DNA from: Nostoc sp.
GTDB lineage: Bacteria > Cyanobacteriota > Cyanobacteriia > Cyanobacteriales > Nostocaceae
DNA length: 64,000 bases
NCBI GenBank assembly: GCA_036918135.1
Contig: JBALDB010000039.1
Coordinates: forward strand, 64,001-128,000
Reading direction: 5' to 3'
Shown: positions 39,001 to 49,129 of the stretch, piece after piece
How the letters are laid out: the number at the start of each line of letters is the position of its first letter
Numbering within the stretch: the stretch's first letter is position 1
Notes under the pieces: generated by a model
Database searches by the model: none
The model's input: the letters and a program-made list of their open reading frames with translations, nothing else
Told to the model about the DNA's origin: nothing
Translations under genes and position numbers: made by a program

Positions 39001-41634
39001 ATGGCAAATATTATTGGAACCAATGCAAATGACACGCTAGTGGGTACTGACAGCGCCGACACAATTAATGGTAAAGCTGGGAATGATACGATCGCAGCCT
39101 CTGATGGCAACGACACCTTAACAGGTGGGGGCGGTAAGGATACATTTATTTACGACTTCAACTATGACAATATTGTTACTATTACCGATTTCGGTGGTGT
39201 AGGTAAAGGAACAAATCCAACACCAGCAGTCATTGCCGAAGTGGATACTATCAAATTTGAAGGCTCCAGTGCCAGAAATATGGTGCTCACTCAGAACGGC
39301 AACAATCTGGAAATCACCTTTGAAGGGCTAAGTATTGTAACACCTTATACAAAGGTTATCCTGCAAAACTTCAAACTAGAAGATTTAGATAACCTGAAAG
39401 CTTCTGGTACAAGACCAGCCATAGGCAATGTCCTGTTTGATGGGGAAACTAGCATCACCGATAGTTTTAATGTCCTAGACGCTAACTCTACTGATACGAG
39501 CATAGGCATCAAAAACACTGTCACCTTCCTCAATGATTTGGACAACAATATTACGGGTTTAGACAACTCAGATGATGTGGTCAATGGTCAGGGAGGTAAT
39601 GACAAAATCGACGGCTTAAGTGGTGACGACTTGCTGCGGGGTGGTGCAGGCAATGATACTCTCATTGGTGGTGTAGGGAATGACAACCTTGTTGATATTA
39701 CTGGCAATAACTCCCTTGTTGGTGGTATTGGTGACGATATCTTAGATGTTGACTCTTCAACAGGCAAGAACACCCTCGACGGTGGTGCTGATGACGATAC
39801 ATTGATAGCCCTGGGCTCACAAGGTAATAATTTACTCTTCGGAGGGGATGGTAATGATTATCTTGATACTGGTGAGTTTCCTAACCTAAACGGTACTGTT
39901 GCCTCCTTAGGCAATAATACGCTTAACGGTGGTGCTGGTAACGATCGCTTGCGTGCTGACTCTCCAAAAGGTAATAATTTACTCTCTGGGGACAATGGCG
40001 ATGATTATCTGAGTGTGTCTGGTAGTAGTGGTTTTAGAAGGACTAGCTACTATGACGACTTTGAATTTAGTCCTTCAGGTGATAATACCCTCAACGGTGG
40101 TGCTGGTAACGATACATTGCTTGCTAAGTATTCAGCAGGCGATAATCTACTCTCTGGTGATGATGGAAATGATTACCTCTCCATCTCTGGCTATGTCATC
40201 TCGTTCAGCGGTGGGGATATTTTTTACCCCTCCACAGGCAATAACACCCTCAACGGTGGTACTGGTAACGATACATTGGATGTTACCGATTCAATAGGCA
40301 ATAACCTACTCTCTGGTGGCGATGGCAATGATTCCTTCTCTGTGGACAATGGTAGCAAAGATACGATAGATGGAGGTAAAGGTGACGATTTGTTATCTGT
40401 CGATTACAGCAATGCTAATGGAGGAATCACTTCAACATTCAATGCCACCACTAACACTGGCTCAATTACAGCAGCCACGGAGGATCGAGTTAGCTACAAG
40501 AATATCGAACGATTAAATATCATAGGTACAGCCTACGATGACAACATTGTAGGCACCAATGGTAACGATACGCTCTTTGCAGGCACTGGTGGCAAAGATA
40601 CGATAGACGGGGGTAAGGGTGACGATTTGTTGTCCGTGGATTACAGAAATGCTACTGGAGGAATCAGTTCAACATTTAATGCTGCTACTAACACTGGCTC
40701 AATTACAGCAGGCATGTATAGGGTTAGCTACAAGAATATCGAACGATTAAATATCACAGGTACAAACTACAATGACAATATTGTGGGGAACAATGGCAAC
40801 GATACGCTCTCTGGGGGCTATGGTGGCAAAGACACGATAGACGGGGGTAAGGGTGACGATTTGTTGTCTGTGGATTACAGAAATGCTACTGGAGGAATCA
40901 CTTCGACATTTAATGCTGCTACTAATACTGGAGAAATTACGGCAGGCACCTATGGAGTTAGCTACAAAAATATCGAACAATTAAACATTATAGGAGGTAC
41001 AATCTATAATGACAACATTGTGGGCAGCAATGGCAACGATACGCTCTCTATGGACATTAGTGCCAAAGATACGGTAGATGGGGGTCAAGGTAACGATTTA
41101 TTGTACGTCTACGGGGATCCTTTTCAAGGAATCACTTCGACATTCAACGCTACCACTAACACTGGAGAAATTACAGCGGGCACCTATGGAGTTAGCTACA
41201 AAAATATCGAACAATTAAATATTACAGGTACAGATTACGATGATTACATTGTGGGGAGCAATGGCAACGATACGCTCTCTGGGGGCTATATTGGTGGCGG
41301 CAATGATACGCTTATTGGCGGTGCAGGTAATGATACCTTTATTTTAGATCTTCTAAGTGGAAGCGTTGATAAAATTTCTGACTTTAGTACGACTAATGAC
41401 CTGATTCAAGTCTCAGCTTTCGGTGATAGCAGCTTATTACCAGGTGTACTAAAAGCTAATCAGTTTGCAATCGGAACATCTGCAACCACAACTAGTCAGC
41501 GATTGATTTATGACGCTAGTACAGGTGCATTGTTGTATGATGCAGATGGCAGTGCAAATCAATATACTCAGTTTCAATTTGGACAATTATCTGCTGGCTT
41601 GTCATTAACCAATAATAATTTCGTGGTTGTTTAA
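39001..41634 (+). CDS. RTX/hemolysin-type Ca2+-binding secreted protein
   Basis: Many GGxGxDxL nonapeptides; four ~80-aa internal repeats (about 40350-41290); C-terminal LIYDASTGALLYDADG module. Confidence 0.93.
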   Translation: MANIIGTNANDTLVGTDSADTINGKAGNDTIAASDGNDTLTGGGGKDTFIYDFNYDNIVTITDFGGVGKGTNPTPAVIAEVDTIKFEGSSARNMVLTQNGNNLEITFEGLSIVTPYTKVILQNFKLEDLDNLKASGTRPAIGNVLFDGETSITDSFNVLDANSTDTSIGIKNTVTFLNDLDNNITGLDNSDDVVNGQGGNDKIDGLSGDDLLRGGAGNDTLIGGVGNDNLVDITGNNSLVGGIGDDILDVDSSTGKNTLDGGADDDTLIALGSQGNNLLFGGDGNDYLDTGEFPNLNGTVASLGNNTLNGGAGNDRLRADSPKGNNLLSGDNGDDYLSVSGSSGFRRTSYYDDFEFSPSGDNTLNGGAGNDTLLAKYSAGDNLLSGDDGNDYLSISGYVISFSGGDIFYPSTGNNTLNGGTGNDTLDVTDSIGNNLLSGGDGNDSFSVDNGSKDTIDGGKGDDLLSVDYSNANGGITSTFNATTNTGSITAATEDRVSYKNIERLNIIGTAYDDNIVGTNGNDTLFAGTGGKDTIDGGKGDDLLSVDYRNATGGISSTFNAATNTGSITAGMYRVSYKNIERLNITGTNYNDNIVGNNGNDTLSGGYGGKDTIDGGKGDDLLSVDYRNATGGITSTFNAATNTGEITAGTYGVSYKNIEQLNIIGGTIYNDNIVGSNGNDTLSMDISAKDTVDGGQGNDLLYVYGDPFQGITSTFNATTNTGEITAGTYGVSYKNIEQLNITGTDYDDYIVGSNGNDTLSGGYIGGGNDTLIGGAGNDTFILDLLSGSVDKISDFSTTNDLIQVSAFGDSSLLPGVLKANQFAIGTSATTTSQRLIYDASTGALLYDADGSANQYTQFQFGQLSAGLSLTNNNFVVV

Positions 41635-41947
41635 AGGTAGTTAGGATTTCATCGCAGGTAACAAACAAAGTAATAAACCTTAAAAATGCGAGGTACTATT
41701 CTAGACACCTCGCATTAAATTCATCTGTGCATTTGTAATTCGGACTTGGATACAATTTATTTTTCTTATAGCGTAGACGTAGCCCACCGTACTTGTTGCA
41801 GCATTCAACAAGCAAAATATCTATTTTTTATTTATCTAGAGAATATCTCTCTACTGGTTTGTACAAATGAAATAATCTTGCCCAAAAACGGGAAAACTAT
41901 GGTTAATCCCTAATAGGAAAATTTCCATATAAGTCCTGAATAAGAAA

Positions 41948-42559
41948 ATGCTCAAGAAATCTCTGCTCAAGTTTTTAATTTTGCCTTTTTCTCTAGTGCC
42001 TTGGCTATGTGTGGGAATGCTTTTTGATGCCAAAGTTAATGCTTTACCAGGACAAAGTACAGAAGAAGTAGGCACCTGGATTAAAGCACATCCCACACTC
42101 CGCCCCAGAAATGGAGAGCAATTGTTTGTACAAAAGACTGATACAGCTGCCCAAAGATTCACTTTTCAAGCGTCAGTATTACCTCCAGGTAGGGTGGAAT
42201 TTTCTAAAGACCGTAGCACAATTCGTAGCGAGCGGATTGCTATGTACGATGCGATTAACGGTATGACATTTGAGCGCCTGCAAGAATCTTTGCGAGTGAT
42301 TTATGGTTTAGAGATTTATCAAGACTACGATCGCGCCCAAGTCGTGTACCAATATCCCAACCAAAAGGTAGTTAACTCAGCGCGTCTTGCTAAAACTCCG
42401 ATTCGAGAAGCTTTAAAAGGAGAATTACGAGTAGGCGATCGCTATGTGTATTGGGTGGAAATTGCCCAACCCAAAACGGGCAAAGCTTTTACTGGTCAGA
42501 TGACGATTTTACTCAAAACAGACTTAGACAAGTTAGAAAAAGAACTGCAAATTCGGTAG
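41948..42559 (+). CDS. conserved cyanobacterial secreted hypothetical protein
   Basis: Signal peptide (VNA-LPGQ); intact 203-aa ORF. Confidence 0.82.
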   Translation: MLKKSLLKFLILPFSLVPWLCVGMLFDAKVNALPGQSTEEVGTWIKAHPTLRPRNGEQLFVQKTDTAAQRFTFQASVLPPGRVEFSKDRSTIRSERIAMYDAINGMTFERLQESLRVIYGLEIYQDYDRAQVVYQYPNQKVVNSARLAKTPIREALKGELRVGDRYVYWVEIAQPKTGKAFTGQMTILLKTDLDKLEKELQIR

Positions 42560-42698
42560 TATGTGGCATTAACAGTGTTAACTGTTGAGTGTTGAGTTAG
42601 GAGTTATTCTCCTTGTCCTCTAAAGTTTGGATACCTACGGCAAGCCCTACCCTTCGGGAACGACTTCGTCGAATGGGTTCTTATTTTTTGGAGTTCCC

Positions 42699-43067
42699 TT
42701 ACAGTTTCTCGAAGCCCGCAGAAGCTAAGTTTTGCCATGTACCTGAAAAGATACTTTCAGATCCTAAGGAAATTCGTAATAAATCTTCCTTCAATAGTGG
42801 CGGCCAATCAATGCCGACTTTACGCCCTGCGGCAAATAGCTGTTGTGTCTTGATGCTTAACTGATAAAGCGCCAAAGCTAGTTCTCGGTCTAGGGTAGGG
42901 GCGTCTTTGAGGGCTTCAAACACCACTTTCAATGCCAACAAAATTGAGGTGATCTGACCGGGTACTGGAGGTTTCCCATATTTCATACGCTCTAACAGCG
43001 CATCTGGGTAATCCTGGGTTGCGATTGTCTGATCTATCAGGAGTTTGCGAGCTGTTTCGTAATTCAT
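42699..43067 (-). CDS. conserved cyanobacterial hypothetical protein
   Basis: 122-aa helical ORF with GKPPVPGQITSILLALK. Confidence 0.8.
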   Translation of the reverse strand: MNYETARKLLIDQTIATQDYPDALLERMKYGKPPVPGQITSILLALKVVFEALKDAPTLDRELALALYQLSIKTQQLFAAGRKVGIDWPPLLKEDLLRISLGSESIFSGTWQNLASAGFEKL

Positions 43068-43275
43068 GTAACAAGCTTACCGTACATTTTGATTCGGCAG
43101 TAATACTTAATTAAAATGTTATAAAACTGTTTATGGTTATTTATAGCGATCTCATTTAATTTGTCAAAAGATACACGTAGAAAAAATGATGAGGAATTTG
43201 CAATGCTCTGGATTAACCAGATAGACTAAGTATAATAGCTTTGAAAAATACTCGTTTTTGGAAATTACAAGCAAA

Positions 43276-43512
43276 ATGATATCACCGAATTTACTAGAAA
43301 TTGAGCGCTCCATCCGTGCCTTGTCTGTTGAAGAACAACTTTGGCTACTAGAAAGTATTGCTCGTGAAATCCGAGAAAGGGAGTATACAAAAGAGATATT
43401 GACTGATATCAAACATCCGCAAGAAGAACTGGGAGAAATAGCTAGTGAGCTAAAAATTACAACAGAAGTTTCTCAGTTCAAAGATGAATTTGCCAGTTCG
43501 GAAATCCTCTGA
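43276..43512 (+). CDS. small helical protein, possible orphan antitoxin
   Basis: MISPNLLEIERSIRALSVEEQLWLLESIA; likely ATG at 43276; no toxin ORF follows. Confidence 0.6.
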   Translation: MISPNLLEIERSIRALSVEEQLWLLESIAREIREREYTKEILTDIKHPQEELGEIASELKITTEVSQFKDEFASSEIL

Positions 43513-44042
43513 ACTATATAAGACTAAAAATTATTAGGTCGCTAGAATTAAAAATTAAAATATGCAAATTCTTGGTGAGCGATCGCTAATAATTACTCAA
43601 GGCGATCGCCAACTCATATTTACAATACACAAAATTTGCAATTTTGGCTAAATATTTAATATTTTTTACAAAGTCACTGGATTTGACAGTAGCTGTTTAC
43701 GGACGCGCTAGCTTCCGTTATGGATGGGAGAAACAAGTCAAATCCTCTTCCCTCCAGCCTCCTGCCTTATTTCTTAGGAGATAGTAGCAAATTAATATCT
43801 ACTATAGATAACTATGTAATTTAAATCTTTTGAATTAATTTTTTTGTGGATGACTTTACTATATAACCCTATTCTGGTATTTGACTGAGGTAAATACGCT
43901 CTAGAATGTTGCTAATTTAGAGGTCAATAGGGACAATCTTCCAAAAACAAATTTTCTAACGTCCTTATTAAATTGTTTGAAGTTATGTAGCCTTTTGACT
44001 ACGGCCTATCAAGCACTGCGGTAAACTATGCGTTGATTATAA

Positions 44043-44330
<288 letters not shown>

Positions 44331-44775
44331 AAAGCTCGTGCAGAGTTGTGAGTGTTGAGTGCCTTGTGCTGAGATATAAACAAGCAAATTAAAAAATAAT
44401 TTCTTGATTCTTCACTCAGGACTCGGAACTTAGCACTCAAGACTTTTAAAGTGTCTCAATAGCAAGCACCTTTAGCATTGTAGGGGAGCCAGTGCAGTCC
44501 TTTGGTCTCTAAAAGTGGCGTCAACTGGTATTGGGTATTGCCCGTCTGACAAAATCGTAATTTGAGATTAGAGATAAAATCTCTAGGTATCTAAATCCTA
44601 GAAGTTGCGCTTGTAGCGTTGGCTCAAAAGCAGACAATTTACTGTCAAAAGCCCAAAATCTATAACAATATCTAGTGGTAGAGGGAGCAAATAGCCCCCT
44701 TTTTTCTTTGGGAAACGCCCATGTGGTAACAACGTATACTGGATTTAATCATCCTGAAAAAAAGTGGTGTGAGCC

Positions 44776-46668
44776 ATGTGCGGAATTGTTGGATATATAG
44801 GCACTCAAGCGGCGACAGACATTTTACTGGCTGGGCTAGAAAAACTAGAGTACAGGGGCTATGATTCCGCTGGAATCGCCACTGTTTGGGAAGGTGAGGT
44901 TAATTGCGTGCGTGCCAAGGGCAAATTGCATAACCTGCGTTCTAAGCTCGAACAAATGGAAACTCCCGCCCAAATTGGTATTGGTCACACTCGCTGGGCT
45001 ACTCATGGTAAACCAGAAGAGTACAACGCCCATCCCCACATGGATACGGCAAAGCGAGTGGCAGTGGTACAAAATGGCATTATCGAAAATTACCGCGAGT
45101 TACGCGAAGAACTCAAAGCAAAAGGACACGTTTTTCGTTCCGAAACCGATACTGAAGTTATCCCCCACCTGATCGCCGAACTTCTAAAGAATTTTTCTCC
45201 CTCATCTGGCTCATCCCCCTCATCTCCTTTGTTAGAGGCAATTCGCCAAGCTGTTAACCACTTAGAGGGGGCATTTGCACTCGCAGTGGTTTCTGCTGAT
45301 TATCCTGACGAACTAATTGTTGTTCGCCAACAAGCACCCTTAGTGATTGGATTTGGGCAAGGGGAATTCTTTTGTGCTTCCGATACGCCAGCGATCGTTT
45401 CCTACACCCGTGCAGTGCTACCTCTGGAAAATGGCGAAATTGCCCGCCTCACACCTTTGGGTGTGGAGATTTACAACTTTGCTGGCGACAGGCTCAAAAA
45501 ACAACCCCGACTGCTCAACTTGAATCCCACGATGGTAGAAAAACAGGGATTCAAACACTTCATGCTCAAGGAAATTCACGAGCAACCAGGGGTAGTCAGA
45601 GCTAGTTTAGAAGCTTATTTTAATAATGTAGAAGAAAATACGCGATCGCCAATCAATCTAGGGTTACCTGAAGATTTATACACTGATTTAGAACAAATTC
45701 ATATCGTTGCTTGTGGTACAAGTTGGCACGCAGCATTAATCGGCAAATATTTAATCGAACAACTAGCAGGAATTTCCACGCAGGTACATTACGCGTCTGA
45801 GTATCGCTATGCACCATCACCATTAACATCTAATACTTTAATTATTGGCGTTACTCAATCAGGGGAAACCGCTGATACTCTAGCAGCTTTGGCAATGGAA
45901 AAAGAACGCCGCCAGGGAAAAGAAGCGAAATATCAAGCGCGACTGTTAGGTATTACCAATCGTCCAGAAAGCAGCCTTGGTCATTTAGTACCCCATATCA
46001 TTAGTACTTTAGCAGGAATAGAAATAGGGGTAGCAGCAACAAAAACTTTTACTGCCCAACTGATGGCGTTTTATGCATTGGCATTAGATTTAGCAGCTCA
46101 TCGTCAGACAGTTTCAAAAGACACTTTAGAGAAAATTATTAATGGCTTGCGGCAAATTCCTAAAGATATTGAGTCAACTTTAGAAAGCCAGGAAAGTTTA
46201 AGCGAACAGCTAGCCCATGAATTCGCCGAAACTCAAGATTTCATTTTTGTGGGCAGAGGAATTAACTTTCCGATTGCTTTAGAAGGGGCGTTGAAACTAA
46301 AAGAAATCAGCTACATTCACGCCGAAGGATATCCTGCTGGAGAGATGAAACACGGCCCCATCGCTTTGTTAGATGTGAAAGTACCGGTAGTGGCGATCGC
46401 AGTTCCTGGTAGTGTGTATGAAAAGGTTATTTCCAATGCCCAAGAAGCCAAAGCCAGAGATTCTCGACTAATTGGCGTGACTCCAGTCAAAGATGGCGAA
46501 GCTGGAGAAATCTTTAATGATTTACTCCCTGTCTCTAATGTGGAAGAATTGCTTTCTCCCCTCCTCACAGTTGTACCCTTGCAACTATTGGCTTATCACA
46601 TTGCCGCCCGTCGCGGTTTGGATGTCGATCAGCCTCGTAACCTTGCTAAAAGTGTTACGGTTGAATAG
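44776..46668 (+). CDS. glmS: glutamine--fructose-6-phosphate transaminase
   Basis: MCGIVG, LEYRGYDSAG, GHTRWATHG, QSGETAD and PRNLAKSVTVE motifs. Confidence 0.99.
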   Translation: MCGIVGYIGTQAATDILLAGLEKLEYRGYDSAGIATVWEGEVNCVRAKGKLHNLRSKLEQMETPAQIGIGHTRWATHGKPEEYNAHPHMDTAKRVAVVQNGIIENYRELREELKAKGHVFRSETDTEVIPHLIAELLKNFSPSSGSSPSSPLLEAIRQAVNHLEGAFALAVVSADYPDELIVVRQQAPLVIGFGQGEFFCASDTPAIVSYTRAVLPLENGEIARLTPLGVEIYNFAGDRLKKQPRLLNLNPTMVEKQGFKHFMLKEIHEQPGVVRASLEAYFNNVEENTRSPINLGLPEDLYTDLEQIHIVACGTSWHAALIGKYLIEQLAGISTQVHYASEYRYAPSPLTSNTLIIGVTQSGETADTLAALAMEKERRQGKEAKYQARLLGITNRPESSLGHLVPHIISTLAGIEIGVAATKTFTAQLMAFYALALDLAAHRQTVSKDTLEKIINGLRQIPKDIESTLESQESLSEQLAHEFAETQDFIFVGRGINFPIALEGALKLKEISYIHAEGYPAGEMKHGPIALLDVKVPVVAIAVPGSVYEKVISNAQEAKARDSRLIGVTPVKDGEAGEIFNDLLPVSNVEELLSPLLTVVPLQLLAYHIAARRGLDVDQPRNLAKSVTVE

Positions 46669-46847
46669 TAGAAATATATACTTCTACGTATGAGTGTAGA
46701 CGAATAAAAAAGTCGTACAATAAATAAAAAAGTTATACAATCCTGTGGGTGCATAAGCAAGCATCTACAGGAATTTTTATGAGACCAACAGTAATCTAAT
46801 ATCGATAATAAGTAGAAGGACTAAATTAAACCTAACTTGAGATTATC

Positions 46848-46985
46848 GGGTTTCGACACTTCGACTTCGCTCAGTGTCCACTGCGCTCAACCCTCTTCTA
46901 GTCAGGCTCTTGAGCATTGAGCGAACTTGTACTGACTTGTGCCGAGCAAAGCCGAGGTAGCGTAGTCGAAGTAGTCGAAATGTGT
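46848..46985. repeat. stack of nested small dispersed repeats (TTCGAC...GCTCA / TGAGC...GTCGAA)
   Basis: Recurrent TTCGAC and GTCGAA inverted motifs between the convergent genes. Confidence 0.6.
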
Positions 46986-47023
46986 CTTCTAAATAATTGT
47001 GTCCACTTACTTATTACATTTTC

Positions 47024-48358
47024 TCACGATCGCCATCGTTTTCTCAGCCACCAAACCACACAACCAACAATGATTCCAACCATCAGACTGGAACTGAAAG
47101 GGTAATCGCAAAAATAAGGAATTTTAGGAAAGATATCTTTCCTACTTTCTTTACTACAAAAATCTTTAGCAGGCGATAGTAGTAGAGATGTTGTTGCTAT
47201 TGCTGAACCTGCGACAGCTACTAATTCTTGAAAATTGCGATCGCGTTCTGCTTTTTCGGCTTCTATGCGACTACGAGTAGCGTTAATTGTATCTTCTAAA
47301 AGTTGCAAGCCAAGCTGCATATTTTCGACATCTTTATTAATTTGTAGTAAATATTTTTTATTAGCTAGGGTACTAAATTTTTCTAAAAAATCTAACTGAT
47401 TGTTTTCACCTGCTTTTTCTTTAATTAAAGCCAAGCGTAATTGATAATTAGATAAATTAATTTCAATGATTTGTTTTTGAAAAGAGAGGTTTAGTAAATC
47501 GATTGTGTATTGCTGAAGAATGTTATCAATATTATTTAAAATTTTCCGAGAACTGGTAAAATTTTGCTTTTCTTGCCAATAATCACTTTGATTGGTAATT
47601 TTTCTATTTTCTTCAATTTTTTTATAATGAATGAGCAGAGATTCTTTGACTAAACGACTTTGCCAATAAGCCCAGGAAATCTTACTTCGATAACAAAATA
47701 ACCCCATCCAATCTTTATAAAATTCTGCAGCTTGTTCTGCGCTCTCTCGATTAGTATAAATAGCAATAATTACATGATGTTCGGGACTACTTAGAACATT
47801 GGTTACTTTTTTTAGGCTGTAATTTGTATTTTCTGAACGCCATATTTCAAAAAATTTTCCGCCTAAAAAATTACCTTGTTCTGGTTGCCAATAAGTATCT
47901 TTAAATAAAGCATAATAGCAATCTTTAGCAATATCTTCAAAATTTTGAGACGAGTTTTCTGGTAGCCAACCAGAAAGCAACCAGGTTTTTCCAATTGTTT
48001 CCAGTTCTTTATTTAGTTTTTGTTCGATTTCAGTTTTTAAGATTGCAAAAGACTTAGCTGGTTGAGGTTCGGTTTGATTATTAATAGAGCAATCAAGTTG
48101 TAAGCCATAAGTATCATTTAATCTAACAGCATAATAGTATCCTTCTAAAGTTTTATTCTGGGAAATAAAGTTAACTTGAGTAGGATGGCTAATCTCTAAA
48201 TACTCGGCTTCAATGTCAGGATCGTGAAATTGAGTGTCAGAGGGTAATTGAGCTAAAAAAGCCACTTGGTTTTTTTGTGTTTCTGCATCAGTTGTGTTTA
48301 AAGAACTTTTTAAAGCATATAAAAACAAATCGAGTGTAGGATAGATTAAATCGCTCAT
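47024..48358 (-). CDS. hypothetical membrane protein with CorA-like layout (alpha/beta domain, long helices, 2 C-terminal TM, basic tail)
   Basis: Hydrophobic segments FQELVAVAGSAIATTSLLL and SLMVGIIVGCVVWWL, then RKRWRS; no GMN motif. Confidence 0.8.
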   Translation of the reverse strand: MSDLIYPTLDLFLYALKSSLNTTDAETQKNQVAFLAQLPSDTQFHDPDIEAEYLEISHPTQVNFISQNKTLEGYYYAVRLNDTYGLQLDCSINNQTEPQPAKSFAILKTEIEQKLNKELETIGKTWLLSGWLPENSSQNFEDIAKDCYYALFKDTYWQPEQGNFLGGKFFEIWRSENTNYSLKKVTNVLSSPEHHVIIAIYTNRESAEQAAEFYKDWMGLFCYRSKISWAYWQSRLVKESLLIHYKKIEENRKITNQSDYWQEKQNFTSSRKILNNIDNILQQYTIDLLNLSFQKQIIEINLSNYQLRLALIKEKAGENNQLDFLEKFSTLANKKYLLQINKDVENMQLGLQLLEDTINATRSRIEAEKAERDRNFQELVAVAGSAIATTSLLLSPAKDFCSKESRKDIFPKIPYFCDYPFSSSLMVGIIVGCVVWWLRKRWRS

Positions 48359-48371
48359 TACAATGAAAAAA

Positions 48372-48842
48372 CTAATTTGATGGATTTAATTGAGATAAAA
48401 ATTGTTTCCATTTTTCTAAAAATGTGGCTTGTTTAACTGTTTCTTCTGGCTGAGAAGAACTACCAACAATGACTACAACATTATTGAGTTGGCTTTCGTA
48501 GCCTATAGCTTCATTTTTTGGTTTAAAGCCTTTAGTTATTGGAGCTTTTTCAAGAGTATTGAGTTTACTAATTTCTGCTGACGTAGGAAGTAAATCGGCT
48601 GGGATTTCTTCTACATTATCTAATTGAGATTTATAAAATTGATAAGATTGATTTAAATCAGGATTTAAGGTAATTATTTCTAATAAAAGCCCTTTAATAT
48701 AGTCTTCCCAAGCTTTGGGTTGGGTGTCTAATTGCTTGGCAATTTCTTTTAAATTCTGTTTATCTTGTTCTCCAAGGGCGGTTTTTAAGTCTTGAAATGC
48801 TAAGAGAAAAGCGATGATAGTATTGTCAGCCTTTGTATTCAT
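48372..48842 (-). CDS. small helical hypothetical protein, co-transcribed with the 444-aa membrane protein
   Basis: 156-aa ORF ending 13 bp upstream of the next start. Confidence 0.8.
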   Translation of the reverse strand: MNTKADNTIIAFLLAFQDLKTALGEQDKQNLKEIAKQLDTQPKAWEDYIKGLLLEIITLNPDLNQSYQFYKSQLDNVEEIPADLLPTSAEISKLNTLEKAPITKGFKPKNEAIGYESQLNNVVVIVGSSSQPEETVKQATFLEKWKQFLSQLNPSN

Positions 48843-49129
48843 AGGTTTTTATATCAAACTCATTACGACTAGTATAAATGTAATTTAAGTGACATGATTA
48901 CAGCAAATATTTGATGTTCCGTTTTAATTTTTTCTATATAAAAAGAATAATTTACACAATAAAACGTTGTTTGTTATACCTTTTGTTGCGTAAATTAATA
49001 TAGTTTATTGCACGGTTTTCTATTATTTTCCGTAGAAACTAAAGAACGCTGTGAATTAAGTATTAAAGCTGTGGACAGATTTTGCCTACAGTTCAACAAA
49101 AAGTTCTAATAATTAGTCAGGTAAGAAAA

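Noticed and set aside
42699..43067. Dethiobiotin synthetase (a label I recall for this family)
   Set aside because: Only 122 aa with no P-loop, so it cannot be BioD.
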